Shown: piece after piece, positions 1 to 14,000 of the stretch | Numbering within the stretch: the stretch's first letter is position 1 | Layout: each line of letters starts with the position of its first letter | NCBI RefSeq assembly: GCF_964355755.1 | Contig: NC_092670.1 | Span: forward strand, 23,918,795 to 23,982,794 | From: Antedon mediterranea | Lineage: Eukaryota > Animalia > Echinodermata | Direction of reading: 5' to 3' | Length of the DNA: 64,000 nucleotides | Notes under the pieces: generated by a model | Database searches by the model: none | What the model saw: the letters and a program-made list of their open reading frames with translations, nothing else | Told to the model about the DNA's origin: nothing | Made by a program: the position numbers and the translations under genes

Positions 1-1732
1 CTTATCATCATCGATATAGTAAACATTTTTGGGAGGTAAGTACAGTACTCTACTTAGTGTTCGATTAGGCTAAACCGCTTTCCTCCATCATTGGATGCAA
101 CACTAGGCCTAGTATAGTAGTTTACTAGCCTATGTAGACTAGCTAGACTACCTACTATACTGTAGTGTATGTAGTGTAGAGTACCCGGTCCTTTCAACCC
201 AACCAGCCAACTTAGTTGGAACTAGCGCCGTTATTTAGTGTAGTAAGTTACTAGCTGGCTAAGTAAAGCTAGGCTATAAGTTGGGCTAGATAGGACTACT
301 AGCCTCTACTTCTAGCTAGGCCTAACCCGTGTAGTAGTAATAATAGTAGTATCTACACAGTGTAGTACTAGTAAGGAAAGCTCAGTGAACATAGCTGACT
401 GTCAAATGGCATTATTGAATCCACTGGCTGGGAAATTCCCGGGAAATATTACTTTTCACATCATACAGAACAGGTACTGTACATTGGCTCCACATGGGAA
501 TAATATGCATGGAAATGGTAATGAAAAAAAACTCGCAGCATCCACCTATAATACAGATTACAAAGCACTTCAATAGCCATTTACTCTGACTGCTGACAAA
601 TGTGGCAGCCAGAGTTATTGGTTAGTACATTAGTGTATTGCAACTTTTACAGTAGAGAGTAGGTTCGAAAGAATGTGACAAAAGCATTTTCTAGTACTGT
701 ACCAGTATAACCTGTGATAAACTATATAACATTTCAATTTTAGCAATTCTCAACATTTAGAAATTGCCAAAAGACCTAAACTTTATCATTTTTGTACTGT
801 ATCACAGTTTTCTTTTAATTAAACTAAGCGAATACATTAATGATTTTGCATTCAGCAAAACATTGATTTTAATTTTAACAATCAATTTCAAATGTGAAAA
901 AAAGGATTTCAATTTTTTACAATAATTCTTAAAAGTTATAATCATGTTGAAGAAGCTTTTCTATTTTGTAAAAATCTAAGTATTTATTATGTTAAAATTG
1001 TAATTGTTTAATCAAGTCAACACACAAAATTATTGTTCATTTTGTTGATGTTAAACAGTGAATCAACAGCAGCATATCATAACTCCTAACAACCATTTAA
1101 TGCAGTGAGTACTTCACTGCATGTAACCTGCTACGGTTTATCATACAGTATCTATAATAGTGTGTATTGTAATCTGTTTACTAGAGTAGTTCATTCGCTA
1201 CTCAATTTCAACTCACTAGTTCTATTATTAGAACAGTAAAATACTGTGACAAATTTAGCTTTTTGATTTTCAGCTGTCTACTCTCGTCCAAATACTGTAC
1301 TGGACACCCTTTAAGGCTGTTAAAAACTGATCAGAATGCATTTTGAGGTAATCTTCCTACGTGTAAAATCAGTTTTTTAAACAAAACTATCAATTTATTT
1401 ACAGATGTAGGTTGCAGTTTACCACATTCTATCAAGTGACAAGTGACAACGATTTTATTGTGACAATCACAAAATACCTTCGTCAATTAACTAATTGCCA
1501 ATAAGACATTAATCTGATAAAACGTTAAAGCTCTATGTATGACATCGACCAATACCGATGCTTGGTTGTAAAAAAGGTGGAGCTAACATGATAATTTTTG
1601 GACAAAGAGTGTATCTGGTCTGAAAGGCTAACAGTATATCACCCCTTGTGCATATTATCAACTACTGTGTTTGCAGTGTACATTTGCCAACGAAACATTT
1701 ATATTGATTAATAATAATATGATCAGTTGTAT

Positions 1733-2091
1733 ATGAACAAGATTTTCAAGATGAATTTATATCAAGGAGTGTTTCTTATTTTGCTAACATTAACAATTCA
1801 AACTGTACTGTCCAGTGATGTTACCAGTGACAGAAACTTTTACCAAAGACAGTATTGCATTGTGGGTGCTGGGCCAAGCGGACTACAGATGGGATATTTT
1901 TTAGAAAGATCTAATCATGATTATATGATATTTGAGCAGAATAATGCCAGCGGATCATTTTATGTGAAGTATCCAAGACATCGTAAACTTATTAGTATTA
2001 ATAAACGACATACTGGACAAACAAACAAAGAGTTTAACTTTCGTCATGACTGGAACTCGTTGATTAGTGATGATGAATCTCTTCAGATGAG
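1733..2091 (+). CDS. FOXRED2: FOXRED2-like copy A coding exon 1 (signal peptide, FAD-binding GxGxxG)
   Basis: ORF 1727-2095; donor AG|GTAGGT at 2092. Confidence 0.9.
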
Positions 2092-5000
2092 GTAGGTATG
2101 GTTTTATATTTTAACTATACTTTATATGTTTGTATACTAAATACAATTCGCTTAAAAATAAAATACACTTAAAATAAGTTTTTAAATAATACAAGAAGGT
2201 GTGATGACTGACTACTCATATCAATTGTATGTTTTTTTCTGTACAGAAATCAGGTCACACAAATATATTTAACAGACCAAAAAGATAAGAACAAAGAAAT
2301 TCATATTGATAGTGGGTTATGACCTTAGATTTCCTACAGTAAGGCTAAAGCTCCTGGAATATATTTGGGGAATTTTTTATTATTAATACACAGTAGACTT
2401 TCGTTTTTCAATGGTACAGTATTTTGTTAAAGAAACTATGACGCAAAGGAAAACTTAATAAGTCTATGCTCCCTCTAGCTAATAATCAGTCTGATTGGAG
2501 AAGTTGATTTAAGTTCGCTCTGTTGCAAGATGTTTTTAAATAATGAAATACCGTATATACAGTATTTGAGTAAACGCCCCACTTTTTACGTCCCTCTTAA
2601 ATTAACGCCCCTCTTTGAACACCATTTGAAATCACCACCACAACTCCCCTCAAATCACCCCACCCACGATTGAAATGATCTACAATTTACCAATCATTTT
2701 GGTTTTGATATAATTTTTACTGTATTTTACCACTTTTGACAATAATTGTGTTGTATCTAGGAGGAATTTATTTTATTAAACATGCTACACCCAACAAATT
2801 AAGCCCCCCCCCCCCCCACCCTCTCTCTCTAAAAACCCTCCTGAACAATAAAACGTCCCCTGAACAATAAAACATCCCAGGGTGTTTATTCAAATGTATG
2901 GTGTTTTAGGTTTACAAGTAAAGATAAAAGTTTTACTATACAATACTGTAATTTAATGCGGATATACAGTAAATCTAGTGTTACATTATATATTTCCTCT
3001 TCCTTGTTTGTATTGCTTAAACTCTATTGTTATAAAATTTAGATGATATGGATACTAGAAATTCAGTATTCAGTTTACAGTCTAATTTGAAATCTGATGT
3101 ACATACAATACATTAACTAAACTCTCCTTGTTGGATGTTGTGACGTTAACATATGAGAGGGATTACTGAATGACGTCAAATGTTTGAGTTTGAACCATTT
3201 AGATATAAATGGTTGGTAACATTCATAACAACATTTGACAGTGGTTGAATTCAGAAAGTTGTGGGCAGAGGTTGTGCTTTCTTTTGCATTTTACCCATTA
3301 TCATTACTATGTTTCGAAGCTTGTTATTATTATTATTATTATTATTCATTACTGTAGCCAACATACTCTCTGCTTTTGTTGCTGTGTACTTTATTAAAAT
3401 GGAAATATTGCATTATGTGCATACAATAGACTGTATTCATTATTGCATTGTATTTTTCCATTATAATGCTAAATAAAGAGCCAACTATGCTTCTAATATT
3501 CATTTCCTGGTGGCCAGACTATAATTTATTTACTCAAAATGTGCATATGTACATTGTACAATCTCAATGCCGTGTACACATCAGATTTTATAAATCACAA
3601 ATATTAAAAATAGTCTTAAATATAAAATCACAGCACAATTGAAAAAAAATATATATATAATTATTTGTATATCCAAAGGCAAATTACTGAAAAAATGACA
3701 ATGCTGTGGGTATCAGTGGCTGGATCTCAATGGAGATACAAAATAAAAGCGAAAAGCTAAATCAAAACGAGAAGTAAAACAGCCAGAAAAGTTAGCAGAG
3801 CTTTCGGACAACACTAGCCCTTCATCAGTGCAAATATAATTACACAGTACCACATTTGTTAGTACGTACAAAAGTCTATGCGCCCATCTACCAGTTGTAT
3901 TACTCCACAATACTAGAGTAGAGTACTAAATAATCTACTACCTGTACTACTACCAGTACACACACATCATTCATAATCTCACCAGCTTTCAGCGGCATGT
4001 TTAACAACACAATACAGGAAGGAAGCAAGATGCCAAGAGGATTGCTTGCTAATTCCCACCCCTCAATCCTATTTCTGGAAAACCAAGATAATGACTGACA
4101 AAGTAATAATCTCTTCTTTCATGAAAAATGAAGATTAAGACAAAAATACTTTGAATAAGACATTTTGCAATTTTAATAAAGTTAATCAATTACGTAGAAA
4201 AAAAAATTATATAAAGACAAAATAAATGGTTAAATGCAACCAAAAACCTTTCAATGTCAATTTGACTATTATTTTGCGTTAAATAACAGTACAGTTTTTT
4301 CAGGTAATTTTTTTTCCCGATCAAAGTGAATAATTATAATTATTTTTTAAGGGGGACAATATATCTTTAACTTCATTATTTTGATTATAGCTTTTTGCTA
4401 TTATTTGTATCTCCATTGAGATCCAGCCATTGATGCCCACATCATTTTCATTTTTCATTAACTGAATTGGATTTTTATTTATTTTAATTAGCATTCAGTA
4501 AAGTAAAACTGTTTGCAAAGTGGTTTATACTTTATATTACCATTTTTTAAAATATTTTTTCTTTATAATCTTGTAAAATTATGACTCCATGGTAAAAAAC
4601 AGTTAGCAATATATATATGTTTAAGATGTCCTTCATATTTTTCTTATCTATTTATAGTTTTTTAATAATTTCCTGTCTGTACGAAAGAGTTAAGACACCT
4701 GCAAGAAATTGTTTATACTTTACTATACCCTGTTAAACAAACTATTATTTGTTGTTATTTGTTTATTTCAGGTATTATTCCAAAGATTTCTTTCCCCAAG
4801 CTGATACTTATGTGAAGTACTTAAATGATTATGCAACCAAGCTCCGACTCAAAATCAAATATAATACAAGAATAAGTAACATTAGAAAGAAGACAATAAG
4901 TGAAGGCCTAGATGTGTTCTTAATGGACGATCAGAATGGAAAAACATACTCTTGTCAGTAAGTTGTCAGTTTTTGCGTTTCTTCCTCCTCTGGCTTCCTG

Positions 5001-8000
5001 CCCCCTTTGGCTTCCCACACTTCTAAGCTAGTACCTCATTGTATGTACTGTATTTGTCTTGTTGCCAGTTAACAAAACAAAGCATTTATTACCTTTGATT
5101 AATAAGATTCATTATTTCCGGTTTCATACATTATTCAGTTTTTAATTATGTCATAATATTGCCGAACACCTGCTGAACAGTGCATTCGACAAGAATAAAC
5201 AGCTTTGCATTTAACAAGAAATGTGTGTATTGTGTGTAATGTAACATTATAATATTTTAGAAACAAATTAATACATATAACACAGGAAAATAATTTGAAT
5301 AGAGAGGGGAAAAAAGTAAGTTCTTTTATAATAATTAATTGTACAATTGTACAATCAAAACACATCAAGTAGTTTTACAAATTTACAGTTTGACAAGAAT
5401 TGTCAGTGGCATCAATACCATTAAAGCTCTGTCTACACTATCAAACTTTATGTGACAAAAAAAATTTATATGGACACGATGATATCATATTACTACCATA
5501 TATGGCAATTTTTTTGCCAAACTAGTTTTGTAGTGAGAGCTTAAAGATGATTTTAAAATTTATAAAGATGAAAATTCTGAATTTAGATCTGTCAAAGCCA
5601 TATTATAATGAAGTCAAATTGCGTGGTCATTAGTGCTAATATTCATCATTTAATACCCGACATATTCATCTTTGTGCTTGTCTTTTTCTGATACTGTACT
5701 GGTAATAAATGAGGCAGAATGAGATATTGTTGTTATGGTAACGACTTAGAGATGTTTATTAGTAGGATTGATGTCAATATGCCCATATCCTAACTTTTAC
5801 CTTAAAGCAAAATTCTGTCTATTTATCTGTATTGATTGTCTGTATAATATCATTGCAAAGAGAGTTTAAGCTACCGTTAAACTACTTGATAACTTTTTCA
5901 ATTTATAAGTATATTAGGCCTTACAGAGAATTTGAAGAAACATACAACATTACATTAGAAATGTTGAGGGGACATCTGTAGGATCTAGTGTAATGTGAAT
6001 ATGCGTTGGCTGAAATGTTAAAACATTTCACCTTGTGATACACAGATGAGATTCAGATTTATTTGGTCCTTGCCGAAGTTCATGACAGTCACAATCACTC
6101 ACATAAAAATACAATAACATACAAAATGAATATAAGTTTAAATAAATATAAACAAGTTGTAATAAAGATACACTATACAAAATAAACTACAAGATGAGGA
6201 GACACTTTAATACTGTATGAAACAAGAGGAATTTTATGTTTACACCATTACCCAACCACTATTTGAGCGACACATTTATTAAGAGGACACTTTCTGCATC
6301 AAAATATAAAATATTAATTGTATACTACTATTCCTGGAAGGAATTTGTTTTTAAAGAAGAGTGTGGAATGTTATTGAAGATGGGTGGAGGTTGGTGAGTA
6401 TAGGGAGTCGGGTGTTATGTACTGAAAAGGCTTTAAACTAATGTTGAAACCCGCCCTGGCTAAAAGCATTTTCATTGAATATTCAGTAACTGTGTATAGG
6501 TGCAGTAGAGTACAGTATAGTGTTTTTATATTTTAAACATCTCATAACATCTGTAAAATCATTAAACACCTGGTCAATAGATTTAATCAACTGAAAATAG
6601 CAATTATTTTATTTTGATTGAATAAATTTTCTCATGAATTTTTCGTTAAGTAACAATGTGTAATAAAATCAATTCTATTGACGGCCATTCATAGTCGATA
6701 AAATCAATTGTGAATATTGGAATTCCCATATTGGTGTAATTATGTAAGCCAATGAATATGATTATTGTACAATATATTCATTTGATTAAAATTCTTCAAT
6801 ATCAAATGCAAACAAATAAATTAACACTACTGTACATTAGTTTCTGATTGATAAATATTATTATATATGAAATAGATAGTTTTTTTTTCAACAAAAATGT
6901 TCAGCTTTAAAACCTTCAGTTGCAGGAAAATAGTTAAGGAAAAAAAAATGGTTTTTGATATACTGTACTCCATATGGGTTTGCTATAAATGTTATTACAA
7001 TTTTACAACAATGACCAAATATTTGTTGGAAAGTGTCCCCTGAATAGAGGTGTCTCTTTATTAGGGAGGTCCTTCAGGTAAGGGTGTCTCGAAGTAGGAC
7101 CACTGTTTTTTAATATAATTAAACAATATTTTCAGAATAATGATGATGGGATCTGAGATAAGAACTCCAAATAAACCATACCTATTTCTTCATTGATGGT
7201 TAAAATTGTTGATGACAAACCATTTGTGTCATCTTCTAATTAAATTTTTTTTAGAGTAATGATAATGGGAACTGGGATAGGAACTCCGAATAAACCATAT
7301 TTCGCTGGCATGGAACATACCGAATCATACGAAGACATGTCGATAGATACAGATGATTTCGAAGGAAAATCAGTGATGATCTTGGGAAGAGGAAACTCTG
7401 CATTTGAGACTGCTGATCATATAGTAGGCTCGACAAACGTGATCCATATGATGGCAAGGTCACGGGTTAAACTGGCATGGGAGACACATTATGTTGGAGA
7501 TTTGAGGTTTGTTGTCTAACTTCATGCCTAGCTTATCTGGATAAACTTTTTGCCCTCAAAGGGAAGAACAGGTGTGACCCCACCCATGCATACAGGTCCT
7601 CACCATTTCTTTGTCACCTACAAATTATACTTGTGTAATGTCTGGAAATACTAAACATCTTATGTCTTAAATTAATATTTGTTATTTTCAGAGCTGTAAA
7701 TGATGGATTGTTGGACACCTATCAATTAAAATCTCTTGATGGAATTCTGGAAGCCAGCATGGCAGAGGTTTTAGTAATAAAAAACGAGAAAAATGGTAAA
7801 CTGGCGTTGATACCAAGAGATGAAATGGTTGTGAAAATTGACTTAAACTACACTACTGTAAATCAAACTGTGTTTCACAAAATGATGAGAGAAATACATG
7901 ACAATTTTCCACTGAGAGAAGAATATGATTACATAATACGGTGTCTTGGTTTTACGTATGATTTTGCCATTTTTAACTCGTAAGTAATACCTTTTGGTAA

Positions 8001-11000
8001 ATTAAGTAAAATGTTTCAAATAACCAAAATCCAAATTGCTATCATTGTCCTTCTTAATATGATGTCATACTCTTGGTCCTGTGTACATGATATATTCATG
8101 TGCAAAATAAAAGAACAAAGCTATAGAGTTCTGCGGTGCTGACGTGACGACATGTCGCGACGGTAAGTGGCGCTGCCTGGTTACTAGCGCAACCAAAAAT
8201 GCGTTCAACCTGCCTGAGTGACTCCAAGGTGTTTAGAATAGGCTTATTGATGAAGTCAATTCTAAAATTTAATCATTTTCAATAAAAACAAACTAAAATT
8301 TCAAAAGAACTCAAAATATTTGTTTTTTAATAATCTATTCTTCAACTACAGTTTAAGTTAAAAAATATCAAGCTAAGATACATAATTTGATAGAAATACA
8401 GATATCTATAGTTTATCAACGTAGTAGTGTTGAACGCATTTTTGGTTGCTCTAGCAACCACACAGCGCCATCTATCGTTGTAACGTCACACCACAAAACT
8501 CTATTCTATCTCACTGTTTATCGTTGTAACGTCACACCACAAAACTCTATTCTATCTCACTGTTTGTGTATAAACTGTAAACTGTCTGCTGTAAAATTTT
8601 TTATTTTTATATTTTACTACATATAGAACTTTCAGTCCAGAACCCACAGCCAATGGAAAATACCCTACTATCAATGCAGCATATGAAGTAGAGAATATAA
8701 CGGACATGTTTGTAATAGGGACTTCGTCACATAGCTTGGATTTTAAGAAATCAGCTGGGGGATTTATACATGGCTTTCGTTACACTGGTAAATGATGTTT
8801 GTTTAAAACGACGAATATAATATATTCTGTTGGAAGAATTTCATCTGGTTGTGGAATAGGTATTACATAAAATTTCTTTTTGAACAACCAAAAATAGTAT
8901 AAGCGAACTTACAGTACGTTTTGAAACCTATCAGGTTTCATTCTCAACTGGCGTTTCATCGTCTAGCGTTGTTAATCCCATGACGACGATGAGTTGGTAT
9001 AGCGCCACCAATAGGTCCAAAAGGCAAATAAAAGAGTCGATCAACATCAGAAAACATGGAAAAATCATGAACAGAGATGAAGGAGCCCACGAATTGTCAC
9101 ACATTTATGATCAACTATTGGAGAAGGGGGCATGTCCTTTTGGACCTATTGGTGGCGCTATACCAACTCATCGTCGTCATGGGATTAACAACGCTAGACG
9201 ATGAAACGCCAGTTGAGAATGAAACCTGATAGGTTTCGAAACGTACTGTAAGTTCGCTTATACTATTTTTGGTTGTTCAAAAAGAAATTTTATGTAATAA
9301 TATATTCTCTTGAAAGTTTCTTTGGTAATGAATATAATAGAGAATTTATTGAAAACACGAAAGTGAATATTTGTTTTCAATATAAAGCAAAAATGTATAG
9401 ATATTATGCATAACATAAACCAGATGAAGTTATTTAAAGTTAGTAGTTTCAGTTACCATACACAAAATTATTTGCTAGCTTCGTATTAGAACACATAGAC
9501 CATAGAACATATACCCCAATCTATATTCTTGTATATTCCCAGAATGGGACATCCCTTGCAAGGAAAATGGAATAATCCAGGTGCTATAGCACCATATAGA
9601 TATCTCTTATATACATTACATCATCGTCATATTCCTTTAACATTTTATTGTACTGATCAACCTATACATTATCTCAATCAATGTTTTCATTGTTTTTTAA
9701 CCAACATATAAATTTTTTCTTTGTAGCTCGAGCATTGCATCATCTTTTAGAATACCGCTACCACAACATTCCTTGGCCGTCCACCTCTCAGCCAATCAGT
9801 GAACTGGTCAACAACATTATCAAACGGGCAAATGAAGCTTCTGGAATCTACCAAATGTTTACACAACTTGGAGATGTTATCCTTCTTCACGAGTAAGTCC
9901 ATCAAAATCAAACTCAAGACTTGTACAACACATATACAGTGGCGTAATGGCTATGAGCACTCACTGGGGCCCCGGAGCTTATGGAGGTCCATTGAAAAGG
10001 GATAAACACGCACAAGGCCTCCAGGGTTCCTCAACCAGGGACCCTAGGCCTCTGCATTACGCCACTGCACATCCAAATTATATGCCTAACTACTACTGTT
10101 TAAACAATTAATATTTAAATTGATTTATATGGTTTTTCATAGAAAAATAGAAGACATACTAATATTTATCCTAAAATGTTTATTAAATCAATGCATGTAT
10201 TGTTTAATTGAAATTGAAATAATAAGTGACATGCCTGACGTCACATAATACTCATGTTATTATAGATATACCAATATCTTTAGTGTTTTTAATAGTTCCC
10301 TCTATGGTTTGATATATTTTTCAAAGTGTTATGGGCCCTCTATAGTTTATAAAACCTTCTGTCAGTAGTTGACTCCATAGCAATGTAGATCTAGGTAAAC
10401 TGTGATCAGAGGGAAAATCCAAAATTTGTGTACAAACAAAATCCCAGGGGCCTTGTTTAAGTATTTTTAATTGGTTTCCGACATGGTAGAACTTTAATGG
10501 ATAATTGTGATAATTTTTTTTCAGGAATGGTCTTTATGATTATCTAGAAGAGTTTCCTCTGCAGCTTCTTCACAAACTTCCAGAAGTTAGTGGCAGGAAT
10601 GCTTCAAAAGTTGTTGTGCTGTCAATGGAGTATGGAAAGGATTACTCTGGTAAGGTCTTGTTAGCGTAGCTGTAGCAACTCATTGGACAGCTGTTTCTAG
10701 AACTATAAGTTTGAAAAGTATTAGATTTTTTAGAGTATATCATTCTTTTAATAATTATATGAATGAAACAAATTATTTGAATGTAAATTTACACTTGTCA
10801 ATTGTACTGTACTACATCAACCATAAAATACAAATTAACATAAAGTTGTAGGCCTAGGCTACTTATCCTCAAATAAATTAAATAATGTGCAGTCCTAGGC
10901 GATTTTAACTTCAAAATAGTCAAGTTAATAATAAAATAATGATTTTTTTTTCTGAATATTGGGTGGGAGGGATAGGTGAGAAATACCCACGTATGCATAA

Positions 11001-14000
11001 GGCATACAAAATTGACCCTCATGTGTGAAACTTGCGCATTATGCGTCAGAGTTGGCAGGTAAAATATGAGAGGCACAAAACATAGGCTGGTGTTAATTCT
11101 ACCAATAAAACTTTATTATCCCAAACTGGTAAATTCGTGTAGACAGATATTCACAATACAGTAAGTAAGAAAAAAATGTACACAACAATACAAGAAGCAC
11201 AACGATCATTATAAAAATCTAAAATCTCATGCTTGGTTCTACTGTGTGTAGAAAAACTTAGGACATAATGTTTTCAGTGCATGGAAGTCATGTTTGGTGT
11301 GTTTTATTTTATTTTTAAAATAGGGCCAGGAAATGATGTATTTAGACCGGAGAGAGCTACAGGAGACCCGCAAAATGCTCACCATTCCAACTTTCTGCAT
11401 CCAGTGTTATATTATTATCGGTCATTACCAACAGGTACTGAGAAAGTATATGTTTTGTATATATATATATATTTGTTTTGCATTCTACTTAAATTGTAAC
11501 TGTAATTATACAGTAACCAAAACTTGGCATTGTCAACTGGTAATGTACGAAATTGCAGTAACAAAAAAAATCATTTCTAATAGAATTCGGAATGAAGACT
11601 GCAAAAAAGAAAGAGCAAGTTCTTCCAACGCCTCAACGAATTCACCATATTGTTGAAGACTTCCTGACAGACTTCTCAGCCCCTCAAAGGTACATGTCTC
11701 TTTTGTTTCAGACTGTAGGTGAAGGAGATGAGGAAGGGGTGGTTGTAGTGAGGGAGGTATTGGTGATAGTTTAGATGATGAGAGAATTGGAGTAAATAGG
11801 TTTTTATTAATTTTGTTGGCAAATATCTATAGAAATTGGGAAAATAACTTGAATTTGGAGTCAGTTTTATACTATGTTATTTAAACATAATCAGTGGTCT
11901 ATTGGTTTTGAAATAATAAACTTTGGCCAAAATTAATGAAAACAAATTTTAATGCCGTATACATTTTGTACTGAATGTGATCTGAATGTTCATTTTCGGC
12001 AATTCAAATATCATTGTCAGCCAAAAAAAGAAGCTCCAACCCACATATTGTCAATGTGAACATCTATATTATTCTTTAAAAAAAAATCTTTGTAAAGTTC
12101 ATCAACATACACAAGGGTACAGGGGCAGTGTGCAACCTTGTTTACACCCTGATCAATGTTCAATTTCTTTGTTATACAGTAAACTCTCCCAATACCGGAT
12201 TCTCTGAACACCGGGAACTCTCTTAAAACCAGACTTTTCTTAAAGGCCCAACAGGTCTCAAATTTGTTTTTACCATTAAAAACACATTCCGAATTTAACT
12301 ATATCTTTAACATTAGTCTACATGTTGTCTATTATTAGCCACAAATGACATTTATGGGTATGTTCAGATTCATGAAGTTATGCTTTCGTATTGCAATGTC
12401 ATAATATAACAACAAAGTGTTCAGTTTTCGTTTGAAACTGAACTGATTTGGGCGAACGTCTGGTATGCAGGAGTAAATTTGATTGGTTAGAGGTCAAAGT
12501 TGTTGTTGCATAACTTTCGTATCGTAAGCGTCGTTCACTAATCTTGTAGCTTGAGCTGTCGTAACGAAGTGGCTTCCACTAATCTTTTCTTGGTTCAGAA
12601 CTATGGAGTTGTACGCCGCGTACAATACACACTATAACTCTGTAGGTCTGAACAGGCCCTCTATCTGTCCATTCAAATGTTTCTTGGATATTTGTAAATC
12701 CAAGGATAGCCAGTTATTTTATGATGGTAATCCAATTAAACAACACACCAGATGGCCTTTAGTCACATTTATGCACCAATGAGATTGAAGAATTTTCCTA
12801 CCCATACATTTGAATTTTTAAGAATAATGATCATTCTTCATTGTGTACACCATAAACACTCTAGGTCAGGAGAAACAAAGGAAAGTCAAAGGTCATCTGC
12901 AACTCCACCATTTAGTAGTTACAAACACTTTCCCTATATTTTTTTCAATCTATTTAAAGGTCACAAACGGCATTTTATGTAAAAATAATTACTATGTGGG
13001 CCTTGCGTTAGCCATTATGAAACTTTATTTGTTTGTGTTGAGGACTAAAGAATATTTACAACTTAAGATATTTATAGGTATCAAGAGTGTTGAGATGAAC
13101 AATTAATCAATTCCATTTAGTATTATTTAAAGCCCCCTTCCCTACGTTTTTTAGATCTAATTTAAGATCACAAACTATATTTAATGTAAAAATTATACTA
13201 TATGGTCCTATTGCGATAACTTTTTTCGTCTTTAAACGGTTAAAAATGTGAAAAATAAGTCGATTCTAATAATTATAGCGGCCCGCTATAAATCCCAAAA
13301 TGTATTGCGCGCGGATTGATATTTTTGTTTTTCACCTGTAATTCGCCCACTTTTCGATCGATCGTGAGGTCAAAACAAATGGAAGACTCCTAACTTTTCA
13401 GCGAAAATACCGGGTTTTCCCCAATTTGCATCAACGGAGTCTGGCAAAAATAGAAAGACAGTTAATGCAGCAACTATACAACGTCAGGCTAGGTATATAG
13501 CTAGCGTATGATGTTTGTACGTTACCGATGTTTACCAGCTAGGCCTACAAAACTAAGCCTAGCTAGGCTAGGCCTAAGACCGTCCACGAGAGGTCGATCG
13601 CCGCGAGCTACTTAGGTAGTGCATTGTTTCTCACTTTTTATCATAATTTACCATAAAACGTACATTTAAGACAAGGAATGACATGGTTTAATGTTTTTAA
13701 AGTGATATATGTATTATTTTCCAAAAAACGTCCACAATTGCAGGGAAGGGGTCTTTAATGTGTCGCAAAATGTAAATTTCTTTCTATGTTTTTTTTCAGT
13801 CACATTTTACCTCTTCGTCGCTTCCTTGAGAATTGTATGGGTCAAGATATTCGCTATTTCTTTGATGATTTTTGTTTTAAGAGCGCATTAATATACACCG
13901 AAGTGCCACTCATGTGTAAGCAGTACTACATGAAAGGTCAGGGGTTACCAGGAACAAAATCATTAATGGTACACAAGAAACTGTTATGTGGGGATGAAAT

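Noticed and set aside
3261-3642. Hydrophobic short ORFs
   Set aside because: Arise from (TTA)n and AT-rich intron sequence; no domain or splice support.
8980-9204. 74-aa ORF as a host gene or FOXRED2 exon
   Set aside because: Chimera of an inverted pLTR and a Penelope GIY-YIG tail; exons 5 and 6 join in frame without it.
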